DNA from: Dehalococcoidia bacterium
GTDB lineage: Bacteria; Chloroflexota; Dehalococcoidia; GIF9; UBA5629
Assembly: GCA_050011565.1 (NCBI GenBank)
Contig: JBEKIW010000002.1
Coordinates: 256,001-320,000 of the forward strand
DNA length: 64,000 bases
Reading direction: 5' to 3'
The translations under genes were made by a program, and so were the position numbers. The stretch's first letter is position 1. Each line of letters opens with the position of its first letter. Below, one piece after another: positions 20,359 through 30,090 of this stretch. Below the pieces are notes generated by a model that was given only the letters and a program-made list of their open reading frames with translations, searched no databases and was not told the DNA's origin.

Positions 20359-21066
20359 CTACCTTCGATTACCGCCCAAGGCAAGCATAACAAAATAGAA
20401 GAGTTGAGCCACTGCCTGAAGCGTAGCCGCTACATAGGTTAAAGCAGCGGCCGATAGAACAGCGCTAGCCCCATCATATTCCTGCGCCACCACCAGCCCG
20501 GTGCTGCGCAACATCTGCCTTGCCCGGTGGCTGGCATTATATTCCACAGGCAGAGTTACAAGGCTAAATATCACAGCCAGTGAAAACAGGAATACACCCA
20601 CCCAGACCACCGTCATGCCAAAAGCAGTGCCAAACCACGACAGCAGCAAACCCAGTATAACAAAGATATATCCGAGGGTACTGCCGAGGTTAGCTGCCGG
20701 CACCAAAGACGTGCGAAACCTCATATAGGAATAGCCAACCTGGTCTTGAACGGCATGCCCCACCTCATGCGCCACGATTCCCAGCGCAGCCACAGACGGC
20801 GTGTTCGCCACCGCCGGGGAAAGACGCAGCACTTTTTTGCTGGGGTCGTAGTGGTCACCCAGTCTACTTTTCACCTCCTCGACTCTAACATTGCCCAGCC
20901 CGTTAGACCGGAGCAACTTTTCGGCTGCCTCGGACCCGGTGATATGCTGAGAATTGACCACTTTGGAATACTTATTGAAAGCAGAATTCACCCTTGCCTG
21001 CGCATATATCATGAAGATAAGCGGCGGTATCATAATTAGAAACCACATCGGGTCAAAGAAAAACAT
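20359..21066 (-). CDS. Membrane zinc metallopeptidase (YugP-like)
   Basis: DHYDP, AHEVGHA, TLPVEYNAS, AAALTYVA. Confidence 0.9.
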   Translation of the reverse strand: MFFFDPMWFLIMIPPLIFMIYAQARVNSAFNKYSKVVNSQHITGSEAAEKLLRSNGLGNVRVEEVKSRLGDHYDPSKKVLRLSPAVANTPSVAALGIVAHEVGHAVQDQVGYSYMRFRTSLVPAANLGSTLGYIFVILGLLLSWFGTAFGMTVVWVGVFLFSLAVIFSLVTLPVEYNASHRARQMLRSTGLVVAQEYDGASAVLSAAALTYVAATLQAVAQLFYFVMLALGGNRR

Positions 21067-21119
21067 CTTCTACATTCCTCCTGAACAACAGTTAATTTTA
21101 GTCAAAACAAAAAATTCTG

Positions 21120-22064
21120 TCAAAGCAAATGGCTACCGATGAAATCCCGCTGCCCCCTCACAAATTCCTCCGCGGATAGCTCACGCTTTCCCTCCAATTG
21201 TAACTTCACCAGCCCCAGAACCCCGTCTCCGGTTTCAACTCCGACTGTTACCGGCGCCGGCGGAGGCAACGCTACCACCTTGCCGGGCTCATCGGACTTT
21301 TCACCATAAAGCGGCAACACTTTAACCAGCTTCAACCGCTTATCGCGCCACCGGGCAAAGCTCCCCGGCCAGGGGTCGAAGGCGCGTACCCGTCTCCATA
21401 ATTCCTGAGTGGAAAGCCGCCAGTCTATCTCCCCGTCTTCCTTTTTAATCATCTTGCTGTGGCTGGCCCCACTTTCGTCCTGAGGTCGCGGCTTTTTTCG
21501 CCCTTCAATCCATAAAGGTAAGGTTTCCATCAGCAACTGCGCCCCAACTTGAGCCAGCTTAACGCTGAGCGAGCCGGTGGTATCTTCATCCGATATTGGC
21601 ACTTCTCTCTGATTCAAAATGGGGCCGGTATCCATACCTGCATCCAGCAACATAATGGTGACGCCGGTTATTTCATCGCCCTGCAAAATGGCTGCGGCCA
21701 TCGGTGACGCACCCCGGTGCCGGGGTAGAAGAGAGGGGTGGACATTGAAACAACCGAACTTTGGCAAGTTCAGTACTTCCGGCGGTAAAAGCAGCCCGAA
21801 AGCGGCTACCACAATCAGGTCCGGAGCCAACGCAGCCAATTTCTCCACCGTGCCGGCAACTTTAAATTTTTCTATCAGGACGACATCGAGTCCCTGGGAT
21901 AACGCCAACTGTTTCACCGGCGACGACATAATTTGCTGACCGCGTCCGGCTCTTTTATCCGGTTGCGTATAGACGGCAACTACCTGATAACCGCCGTGAA
22001 TCAACGCTTCCAGACTGGGAACAGCGAACTCCGGAGTGCCCATAAAAATAATTCGTTTTTCCAT
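21120..22064 (-). CDS. fmt: Methionyl-tRNA formyltransferase
   Basis: FMGTPEFA, NVHPSLLPRHRGASP, MDTG. Confidence 0.95.
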   Translation of the reverse strand: MEKRIIFMGTPEFAVPSLEALIHGGYQVVAVYTQPDKRAGRGQQIMSSPVKQLALSQGLDVVLIEKFKVAGTVEKLAALAPDLIVVAAFGLLLPPEVLNLPKFGCFNVHPSLLPRHRGASPMAAAILQGDEITGVTIMLLDAGMDTGPILNQREVPISDEDTTGSLSVKLAQVGAQLLMETLPLWIEGRKKPRPQDESGASHSKMIKKEDGEIDWRLSTQELWRRVRAFDPWPGSFARWRDKRLKLVKVLPLYGEKSDEPGKVVALPPPAPVTVGVETGDGVLGLVKLQLEGKRELSAEEFVRGQRDFIGSHLL

Positions 22065-22287
22065 GCTAAATAAATTTTAGCAGGTTTCTCCATTATGTCA
22101 AAAACCCCCTTGACACCCCAAGAGAACGCTGTGTTAATCTTAGGGAGTTGTGGCGCGGGTCCTCGGAAAAATTTCGTTAGTAATTATCCGCTAAAAACCA
22201 CTGTCAAAAGAATTAAATTTTGGTTAGGGGTGGGGGGTTTTTGTTGCGTTTCCGGGGGGCTTTCAAACGAAATTTGTTAGGAGAGAG

Positions 22288-23655
22288 TTGAAGTCAGCAC
22301 AATCAATATGGGAAGCCGCTCTGGGAGAACTTCAACTCCAAGTTACTAAGCCGAACTTTGATACCTGGCTTAAGGATACTACCGGTATAAGTTATAAGGA
22401 AGGCATCTTTGTCATCGGTGCCCCTAACGTCTTCATCGCCGAATGGTTAAGAAGTCGCCTCCATTCTCTAATTAAAAGAACTCTCACCAGCATTACCAGC
22501 CAGCCTGTTGATGTCCAATTTGCCATTCGACCTATCAATCAGGAGATACAACCGGTCGCGGCTCGTCAGGCTGACGGAGGCACAAGCACCAGATTAAGGG
22601 AACCAATAACAGCATTCAGGCTAAATCCAAAATACACCTTTGATAATTTTGTAGTCGGTGAAAGCAACCGGCTGGCTTATGCAGCAGCCCTGGAGATTGC
22701 CGAAGAGCCGGGCAACAAATATAATCCTCTGTTTCTCTACGGTGACACCGGTTGCGGTAAAACACATCTGCTGCATGCCATCGGACAAATAGCCAAGGCC
22801 AAGGGGCTAACAACACTTATAGCCAGTGCCGAGCAGTTTACTAACCAGTTCGTAATCGCCCTCAAGAATAATAAAATCGATGATTTCCACCGCAAGTTCA
22901 GGAGCACCGACTTCCTGCTGGTGGATGATGTCCAATTCCTGAGTGGTAAAGCGCAAACACAGGAATGCCTGTTTCACATTTTCAACGACCTCTATGAAAA
23001 TAACTGCCAGATTGTGGTTACCAGCGACCGTCCGCCAAGAGCCATACCCTCGATCACCAAGAAACTAAGGTCCCGGTTGGAGTGGGGTCTTATCGCTGAC
23101 CTTGGCGTACCGGATTTGGAAACGCGACTGGCTATACTGAGAGTTAAATCGAAACAATTAAACATGTCGCTGCCACCAGAAGTTCTGCGGTTTCTCGCCG
23201 TACAATTTCAGCATAATACGCGCGAATTGGAGGGTGCGCTGAACCGGGTGTTCACTTACTCGAGGCTTAGCGGCGGAAAAATAGATATGAAGCTTACCGC
23301 ACAGTCATTGGCGGACATAATACCGAAAGACAGCAAGCATGAGGCTACACCTACGCCAAAGCTCATAATGACGACTGTAGCTAACTACTACGGGATTGAT
23401 ATGGAAGGGCTAACGGGTAAAGGGAGAGACAAGCAAACCTCATTAGCCCGACAGGTCACCATGTACCTGTTACGTGAGCGAAACCATTGCGGCTTGGCTG
23501 AAATCGGCAAAATGTTAGGCGGCCGGGACCATACCACCATAATGCACGGCTGCGAAAAAATCGCTGCCGAATTAGATGTTAATCCCGAACTCCAGGACTC
23601 AGTAAACGAGATCCGCCAAAAGTTGAAGCCCCGAAGAACCCCATCCGCATCTTAA
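22288..23655 (+). CDS. dnaA: Chromosomal replication initiator DnaA
   Basis: LNPKYTFDNFV, YNPLFLYG..G.GKTHL, RELEGAL, GGRDHTT. Confidence 0.96.
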   Translation: MKSAQSIWEAALGELQLQVTKPNFDTWLKDTTGISYKEGIFVIGAPNVFIAEWLRSRLHSLIKRTLTSITSQPVDVQFAIRPINQEIQPVAARQADGGTSTRLREPITAFRLNPKYTFDNFVVGESNRLAYAAALEIAEEPGNKYNPLFLYGDTGCGKTHLLHAIGQIAKAKGLTTLIASAEQFTNQFVIALKNNKIDDFHRKFRSTDFLLVDDVQFLSGKAQTQECLFHIFNDLYENNCQIVVTSDRPPRAIPSITKKLRSRLEWGLIADLGVPDLETRLAILRVKSKQLNMSLPPEVLRFLAVQFQHNTRELEGALNRVFTYSRLSGGKIDMKLTAQSLADIIPKDSKHEATPTPKLIMTTVANYYGIDMEGLTGKGRDKQTSLARQVTMYLLRERNHCGLAEIGKMLGGRDHTTIMHGCEKIAAELDVNPELQDSVNEIRQKLKPRRTPSAS

Positions 23656-23659
23656 ATAA

Positions 23660-23857
23660 GGGCGTTTGTGGAAAAACGGCGCCGGATAGTGGATAATTCT
23701 CCCAGCCCTGTTGATAAACCAGCACATTGAAATGGCAAAACTTTGCATTCGTAATATATATCTTTCCACATTATCTATGTTCTTTAAACATTATTAATAA
23801 TATAACACTATACTATATAAACATAATTAATATATATAGTATAAGGATATTACTATA
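23660..23857. other. Putative oriC
   Basis: DnaA-box-like TGTGGAAAA (23667), AGTGGATAA (23688), TGTTGATAA (23709), CTTTCCACA (23762), then a ~75 bp AT-rich tract; directly downstream of dnaA. Confidence 0.8.
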
Positions 23858-24940
23858 GTGGATAGAGCGGACATACTGGCATATGGTGGAAGTGGGGGTA
23901 ATGGTGTGGTTAGCTTTCACCACGAGAAGTTTATACCTCTCGGCGGACCCGATGGTGGGGACGGTGGGAAAGGTGGAAGCGTCTACCTTGTTGCCGATAG
24001 GAGTGTTAACACGCTGAAGCAATTCAAGCGCCAGAGGCAATTTAAGGCAGCATCGGGTAAGGACGGAGGGAAGCAGAAAAAACACGGCGCTAAAGGTGAT
24101 GACCTCATAATTAAGGTGCCTTTAGGAACAACGGTAGTTCTTAATAAAGAAGAGCAGGAAGTGCTGCTGGCGGATTTGAGCCAGCAGGGACAGAAAGTTC
24201 TGGTGGCTAAGGGGGGCCGGGGTGGCTTGGGTAATGTTCATTTCGCCACGTCCATAAACCAGGCTCCCAAAACGGCTACCAAGGGTATGCCCGGCGAAGA
24301 ACATCGCCTGGTTCTTGACCTTAAACTTATCGCCGATGTGGGCATTATCGGCTATCCCAATGCAGGTAAGTCCACTCTTTTGACCGCATTATCCAAAGCC
24401 AGGCCTAAAATAGCTGATTATCCTTTCACCACTATCGAACCGGCTCTCGGCGTCGTCGAAGTAGGCATGAAGACATTTGTTTTGGCGGAAATTCCCGGGC
24501 TTGTGGATGGCGCCCATCTGGGCAAAGGGCTGGGGCATGAATTTCTGCGCCATGCGGAAAGAACTAAAATCTTGCTTCACTTGATTGACGGCAGCTCCCC
24601 GACGGTGATTGATAACATGAACAATCTGAACCGGGAGCTGGCTTTATATAAGCCGGAGATGGCACAAAAGCCTCAGCTGGTGGCGGTAAATAAGGTGGAC
24701 TTGCCCGATGTCCAGGCTCGGCTGCCGGATATTCACTGGCTTTTCAAGTCTCTGGGGATAAAGGTCTTCTTTATCTCGGCAGTTACCGGGCAAGGTTTAT
24801 CCGAGCTAATGCCGGAGATAATGACTATGTTGGAGAGGGTGGGAGATATACAGGTTTGTCCAGAGGTACCAATAGCCGTTTTTAAACCCAAGCCCAGGGT
24901 TGGGCGGACAAAGAAAAAAGTTATTGAGCAGGCGGATTAA
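23858..24940 (+). CDS. obgE: GTPase Obg
   Basis: GGPDGGDGG, GYPNAGKS, YPFTT, NKVD. Confidence 0.95.
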   Translation: MDRADILAYGGSGGNGVVSFHHEKFIPLGGPDGGDGGKGGSVYLVADRSVNTLKQFKRQRQFKAASGKDGGKQKKHGAKGDDLIIKVPLGTTVVLNKEEQEVLLADLSQQGQKVLVAKGGRGGLGNVHFATSINQAPKTATKGMPGEEHRLVLDLKLIADVGIIGYPNAGKSTLLTALSKARPKIADYPFTTIEPALGVVEVGMKTFVLAEIPGLVDGAHLGKGLGHEFLRHAERTKILLHLIDGSSPTVIDNMNNLNRELALYKPEMAQKPQLVAVNKVDLPDVQARLPDIHWLFKSLGIKVFFISAVTGQGLSELMPEIMTMLERVGDIQVCPEVPIAVFKPKPRVGRTKKKVIEQAD

Positions 24941-25549
24941 ATGAACGTTGGTGTACTAGGCGGCACTTTTGACCCCATTCATTCGGGACATCTGGTCGTT
25001 GCTGAAGAAGCCAGACTAAAGCTTAAGCTTGCCCAGTTAATCTTTGTCCCCACAGGGCAGCCGTGGCTTAAAACGAACCGGAAAATTACCCCGGCCGTTC
25101 ACCGCTTAGAGATGGTGAAGCGGGCGATTGCCGGCAATGCCAATTTTGAGCTTTCGACTGTTGAGGTAGACCGGCCCGGGCCTTCCTACGGCGTGGACAC
25201 GGTAACTATTTTACAGCAGCAGCTAGGTACCAGGGCCAAGATTTTCTTTCTAATCGGCTGGGATAGCTTGGCCGAGTTGCCTCAGTGGCGGGAGCCGGCC
25301 AGGCTCATTCAACTCTGCAAGTTGGTGGCGGTTACCAGGCCGGGTCTGAGCCGCCCGGATTTAAAGTCGCTGGAACCATCTGTCCCCGGAATAACTCAGA
25401 GCGTGGTCTGGCTGGATATACCGCCCATAAATATCAGCTCTTCAGACATACGGGATAGAGTGGCTCAGGGGTTGTCCATCTACGGCCTGGTGCCTGAAGC
25501 GGTGGAAAGATACATAAAAGAAAATAAGCTGTACCGGAAACGGAAATAA
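24941..25549 (+). CDS. nadD: Nicotinate-nucleotide adenylyltransferase
   Basis: GGTFDPIHSGH, ISSSDIR. Confidence 0.95.
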   Translation: MNVGVLGGTFDPIHSGHLVVAEEARLKLKLAQLIFVPTGQPWLKTNRKITPAVHRLEMVKRAIAGNANFELSTVEVDRPGPSYGVDTVTILQQQLGTRAKIFFLIGWDSLAELPQWREPARLIQLCKLVAVTRPGLSRPDLKSLEPSVPGITQSVVWLDIPPINISSSDIRDRVAQGLSIYGLVPEAVERYIKENKLYRKRK

Positions 25550-25559
25550 AGCGGATAAA

Positions 25560-27491
25560 CTAGATATCCAGGTTTCTCACGCTTCTGGCGTGGGCCTGGA
25601 TGAAGGCTTTTCGAGGGGGAACTTCACTGCCCATAAGCATATGGAATATCCTGTCCGCAGCCATGGCATCTTCGATTTCCACCTTGAGCAAAGTTCGTGA
25701 TTCCGGGTTCATAGTGGTGTCCCATAGCTGCTCGGCGCTCATTTCCCCCAACCCCTTATAGCGCTGGATCTCCGATTTGCTGCCTTTAAGCTCCTTAAGC
25801 TTGGCATCCCTTTCTTTATCTGAGTAAATCCAGAATTGTTGCTTACCCGATTGAATGCGATAAAGGGGTGGCTGGGCGATGAAAAGGTGGCCCTGGCTGA
25901 TGAGCTCTGTCATGTTGCGGTAAAAGAAGGTAAGTAACAGTGTCCGGATGTGAGAGCCGTCAACATCGGCATCAGTCATAATGATTATGCGGTGGTAGCG
26001 CAGCCTGGAGAAGTCGAGCTGGTCGCCGATGCCGGCGCCTACTGCGGTGATAATAGCCCGTATTTCTTCATGGTCCAGAATCTTGTCTTTGGGTGCCTTT
26101 TCCACATTAAGTATTTTGCCTCGCAGTGGCAGTATAGCCTGGAAACGGCGGTCTCGACCCTGCTTGGCTGAACCTCCGGCTGAGTCACCTTCAACCAGGT
26201 AAAGCTCACACTGGCTGGGGTCGGTCTCCGAACAGCTAGCCAGCTTTCCGGGCAGAGTACCGGTATCAAGGCCGCTTCTCTTAAAGATAAGGTCGCGAGC
26301 CTTTCGGGCTGCCTCTCTAGCTTTAGCTGAAACAAAGCACTTATCTATGATTGCTTTGGCGTCATCTGGGTGTTGTTCCAGGTACACGGCAAGGCCATCA
26401 GCAAATATGGCTTCGACCTGGGTCTTTATTTCAGGATTGCCCAATTTGGCTTTGGTTTGCCCCTCGAACTGAGGCTCAACCAGCTTGACGCTGATTACCG
26501 ATGTCAGCCCATCACGGAAGTCATCACCTATCAGGTTGGGGTCGGAATCCTTCAACAGCTTGTTTTTCCGGGCATAGTCGTTCAATACGCGGGTAAGCGC
26601 CGAGCGGAACCCGGTAAGATGGCTGCCGCCGTCTATGGTATTGACGCAGTTGGCAAAGCTAAGCGTAGATTCGGAAAAGCCATCGTTGTACTGCAGGGCT
26701 ACCTCGACAATGGTGCTGTTCATGGTGCCGGATATGTAGATAGGCTGGCGATGGAGGACTACCCGGTTCTTATTGAACCGGCTGACCAGAATAGCAATGC
26801 CGCCTTCAAACAGGAATGTTGCCTCCTTGTCGGTTCTTTCGTCTTTGAAGCTTATTTCCAGGTTCTTGTTCAAGAAGGCCAGCTCTTTGAGGCGCTGGCG
26901 AATGGTATCGAAGTTGTAGTTAATCTCAGGGAAGATTTTGGTATCGGCCAGGAAAGTGGTGGTAGTTCCCGTTTCTTCCGTATCGCCTATGACTTCCAAT
27001 TTGCTGATAGGAGTACCACGCTCATATTTCTGGCGATAAATTTTACCATCGCGTCTTACCTCGGCATTGAGCCATGACGACAGTGCATTTACCACCGAAG
27101 CACCGACGCCGTGCAAGCCGCTGGACACCGTGTAAGTGCGACCGCCGAACTTAGCTCCGGCGTGCAGGCGGGTCATCACTGCTTCCAGGGCTGAGGTGTG
27201 GGTTACCGGGTGTTTGTCTACGGGTATGCCGCGGCCGTTATCGATAACCGTCACCGAGTTATCTTTGTGAATTATTATCTCGGTCTTGTCGCAGTAACCA
27301 GCCATGGCCTCGTCTATACTGTTATAGACTATCTCGTAGACCAGGTGATGCAGTCCGTGCTCGTCGGTGCTGCCGATATACATGCCCGGGCGGCGTCGCA
27401 CCGCCTCCAGGCCGTCCAGAACCCGGATATCCTCGGCGGTATAGTCTTGCTGAGCGTTGTTGGTATTGTTTTTAGTTTTTTTCTTCGGCAT
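25560..27491 (-). CDS. gyrB: DNA gyrase subunit B
   Basis: VRRRPGMYIG, EGDSAGG, PLRGKILN, DADVDG, RYKGLGEM. Confidence 0.96.
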   Translation of the reverse strand: MPKKKTKNNTNNAQQDYTAEDIRVLDGLEAVRRRPGMYIGSTDEHGLHHLVYEIVYNSIDEAMAGYCDKTEIIIHKDNSVTVIDNGRGIPVDKHPVTHTSALEAVMTRLHAGAKFGGRTYTVSSGLHGVGASVVNALSSWLNAEVRRDGKIYRQKYERGTPISKLEVIGDTEETGTTTTFLADTKIFPEINYNFDTIRQRLKELAFLNKNLEISFKDERTDKEATFLFEGGIAILVSRFNKNRVVLHRQPIYISGTMNSTIVEVALQYNDGFSESTLSFANCVNTIDGGSHLTGFRSALTRVLNDYARKNKLLKDSDPNLIGDDFRDGLTSVISVKLVEPQFEGQTKAKLGNPEIKTQVEAIFADGLAVYLEQHPDDAKAIIDKCFVSAKAREAARKARDLIFKRSGLDTGTLPGKLASCSETDPSQCELYLVEGDSAGGSAKQGRDRRFQAILPLRGKILNVEKAPKDKILDHEEIRAIITAVGAGIGDQLDFSRLRYHRIIIMTDADVDGSHIRTLLLTFFYRNMTELISQGHLFIAQPPLYRIQSGKQQFWIYSDKERDAKLKELKGSKSEIQRYKGLGEMSAEQLWDTTMNPESRTLLKVEIEDAMAADRIFHMLMGSEVPPRKAFIQAHARSVRNLDI

Positions 27492-27670
27492 AGCTACAGA
27501 AAACCCTTTTATAGTTTTGGTGTTTTATTGGTAATTCGAGATTGAACATAACGGGCTGGCAAGCAATTCGTAAACACCATATTTAGTGCCTGCCTGCCCC
27601 AAATGTACTAGGGATTGCATTGACTGTATTTTACCACATTTTCCAGAAAATCGAAAGCCCGCGTTCTTTT

Positions 27671-27773
27671 TGTCATCGCGAGGGGCGTAGCCTCGTGGCG
27701 ATCTCAATGTAAGCCAGACTTTGATGCTGTGCAGAGATTGCCACGTCCTTCAGCGGAAGGACTCGCAATGACA
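27671..27773. repeat. REP/MITE-like palindromic element
   Basis: Terminal inverted repeats TGTCATCGCGAG / CTCGCAATGACA and inner GTGGCGATCTC / GAGATTGCCAC. Confidence 0.7.
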
Positions 27774-27829
27774 TAAAAAGGGCCCGGAAATTGTTTACGA
27801 GTCTCCCGCCCATGGGTGACCGTTGTGCC

Positions 27830-28114
27830 CTAATGCCAGCTATCGTGCATTTTGGCGGCATTGAGAAGCTTTATGATACTTGGCCCCTTCAGGTCAGTCG
27901 AGCCGCAGCCCGAGGGGTCGAAGTGGTTACATACCGTGCAAGTCACGCTGTACTTGTTTATCTCACTTATATTGACGAACAGGTCACAGGTCTCAGCGCT
28001 GCGGTCAAACCACTCTTCCAGAATTTCGGCAATTTGCGGGTAATGAGCTCTGAAGCTTCTGGAGCTGAAGAAAACGAAATCGGTGCAATCTTTTGGTGGA
28101 TAGTAGATGCGCAA
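27830..28114 (-). CDS. Small Cys-rich hypothetical protein
   Basis: TTG start with GGGAGG RBS 2 nt after upstream stop; CTVC motif. Confidence 0.5.
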   Translation of the reverse strand: MRIYYPPKDCTDFVFFSSRSFRAHYPQIAEILEEWFDRSAETCDLFVNISEINKYSVTCTVCNHFDPSGCGSTDLKGPSIIKLLNAAKMHDSWH

Positions 28115-28116
28115 TT

Positions 28117-28710
28117 TCAGCCTCCCGGTTGTACCGAGATATGAAACTCACACATACTGTTCTCGGGCAGTGTTTTCGGCATCTCGATATTTATGCGGTC
28201 GCCGGTCTTCCCCGCTGCCGCCTCAAAACTGGCAAAGCAGAATCCTTTACAGGGGAGCCCCTTTATGCCGGTCTCGTTGAGCGCATTGTATATCGAACAA
28301 GCGGAGACCTGAAGCACCAGCTCTTTGGTGGTTGCTTTGGATGTATTCCAGCGGTCGGTAGGCCTCAGGCCGAAGATGGATAGCTCTACGTATCTGCCTA
28401 GGCGATGCGGGAAAGATATGCCCGTTTGCCGGTACACTTTCTCAATCATCTCACCGGTGCGGTCCAGATATTTATTGTCACCCAGCTCTATGGTGAGCTT
28501 CATCAGGTTTCTGCCTATCTCTTCGAGTGCTTTGTATAATTCCTTATCGTCCTTGCCCTGCAGGCTCTTCGCCACAGTCCCGATATCGAACTTCTTAGTT
28601 ATTTCCTCCACTAAGCCCTTATCGGCATCGAAAAGCAGAGCTTTGCCCGACTCTTCCAGAGTCATCAATCTTTCCTTCAATAGCTTGCCGTATTTCCAGC
28701 CTGTCGTCAT
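28117..28710 (-). CDS. Hypothetical protein, possibly V4R/ATC-hydrolase-like Cys domain
   Basis: ATG 28710 with GGAGGT RBS; C..PCKGFC..CEF pattern. Confidence 0.6.
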   Translation of the reverse strand: MTTGWKYGKLLKERLMTLEESGKALLFDADKGLVEEITKKFDIGTVAKSLQGKDDKELYKALEEIGRNLMKLTIELGDNKYLDRTGEMIEKVYRQTGISFPHRLGRYVELSIFGLRPTDRWNTSKATTKELVLQVSACSIYNALNETGIKGLPCKGFCFASFEAAAGKTGDRINIEMPKTLPENSMCEFHISVQPGG

Positions 28711-28721
28711 TTTTACCTCCG

Positions 28722-28958
28722 TTAGAAGCTCACCTGTATGGCGTTTTGGGGGCAGGTGTTGACGCAGTCCATGCAGCCGGTGCATTTTTCAAAGCGGACG
28801 CCGGCCACGATGAACTGGCTGGGGTCAATTTCCCGGAACTTTCGTGGCCCCACCTTGGTGCCCAATCCCAATACATGGGTCGGGCATATGAGAAGGCACT
28901 TGCCGCAGTTGAGTGGGTCATGGCACTTTTTATCATCTACGGTGATTGTTGGCAGCAT
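28722..28958 (-). CDS. 2x[4Fe-4S] ferredoxin
   Basis: C....CGKCLLICP and CTGCMDCVNTCP. Confidence 0.85.
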   Translation of the reverse strand: MLPTITVDDKKCHDPLNCGKCLLICPTHVLGLGTKVGPRKFREIDPSQFIVAGVRFEKCTGCMDCVNTCPQNAIQVSF

Positions 28959-28981
28959 TTCTTGTTCCTCTCTATAAAGGT

Positions 28982-29812
28982 TTACCAGACATTAGCCAGT
29001 GCCGGCAAACTGGCTCTTTCCACCAGCGATATAGCCTCCTGAGGACATTCAGTGGCGCAAAGCCCACAGCCGAAGCACTGGAACGAGTCGATATAGGCCT
29101 TGTTCTGGCTGGCCGAGAAGCTTAAGGCCTTGAACTGGCAGCGGTGGATGCAGGAGGCGCAGCCGTTACAAAGATCGTTATCGACCCGCGCCACCTGATG
29201 TCCTTTCCACAGGAATTGTATGCCGTGGTCGATGGTAGTCCTTATAGCGCTGCAGTCGGGGTAGTCGCAGTTACAAATCCCGCCGATATACGGTGTGCCG
29301 AAGGTAAACAGAGTCTGCACTAGACCCCTCTTATTCATCTTGGTGACGGCATCCTTGGCTTCATCCGGTGTCAGGAACTGGACACCGCCTCGATAGGTCT
29401 CGGGCCATCTCTCCCACTTATACATTCCCGACCCCATGCCCATGCAGGTAAAGTTCTCTTCGTTGACCAGGCCCAGCATGGAGCGGCGGCAGGCGCAGGT
29501 CATAAGAGCGATTGGGTATATGATATCTATGACCTTGAGTGCGTCCTCCAGGGTAACAACCTGCCCGAAATGGACTGTCCAGGCAAGCTGCTCTACATCG
29601 TGCCTCATCTTGGCTATCGCTTCATGGTCTTTCCTGTCCAGAGCCTCAATGAAATCCCGGTTAATCAAAGCCATACCGCCCGCGACTACAGGATTTGGTT
29701 GTATCTCCGGGCCCTCGTCCTTCCTTATTTTATAGAGCTTCCTAGCGTAGTTAGCCGGATTGAAATACCATCTGGAGTAGCCCTCGGCATACTTTTCACA
29801 CCATTCGCACAT
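28982..29812 (-). CDS. 4Fe-4S dicluster protein with N-terminal Cys-rich domain
   Basis: MCEWC, CACR, ICNC, CNGCASCIHRC, CFGCGLCATECP. Confidence 0.85.
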   Translation of the reverse strand: MCEWCEKYAEGYSRWYFNPANYARKLYKIRKDEGPEIQPNPVVAGGMALINRDFIEALDRKDHEAIAKMRHDVEQLAWTVHFGQVVTLEDALKVIDIIYPIALMTCACRRSMLGLVNEENFTCMGMGSGMYKWERWPETYRGGVQFLTPDEAKDAVTKMNKRGLVQTLFTFGTPYIGGICNCDYPDCSAIRTTIDHGIQFLWKGHQVARVDNDLCNGCASCIHRCQFKALSFSASQNKAYIDSFQCFGCGLCATECPQEAISLVERASLPALANVW

Positions 29813-29912
29813 TGTCGTCCTTCCTTTATATTATGGCGTTGCTTCTCAAGTATCAGGAGGTCGCTGTCAGTACTGAGATAGTCTAAGCAGCTCAAGAGAA
29901 ATTGTCAACGTG

Positions 29913-29941
29913 TTGACTTTATTGTATACTTGTGTTATATT
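29913..29941 (+). promoter_or_regulatory. Promoter of str/S10 supercluster
   Basis: TTGACT-17bp-TATATT with extended TG. Confidence 0.65.
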
Positions 29942-30090
29942 GCTGCTTTGTGTCTACTAGCCATTAGTCTGGGTTCCGAAAACCTGATTAAGCCGGCTGG
30001 TTGAACCGGGCCGAAAACCCGTTGGGGAAGTAGACCGGTGGACAACTAGGTGGCTTTTTAATTGTAAAGACATAATTAAAGGAATATGAA

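Noticed and set aside
28117-28119. Sec readthrough at this TGA stop
   Set aside because: No SECIS-like hairpin seen, and the next gene's RBS and start lie right there.
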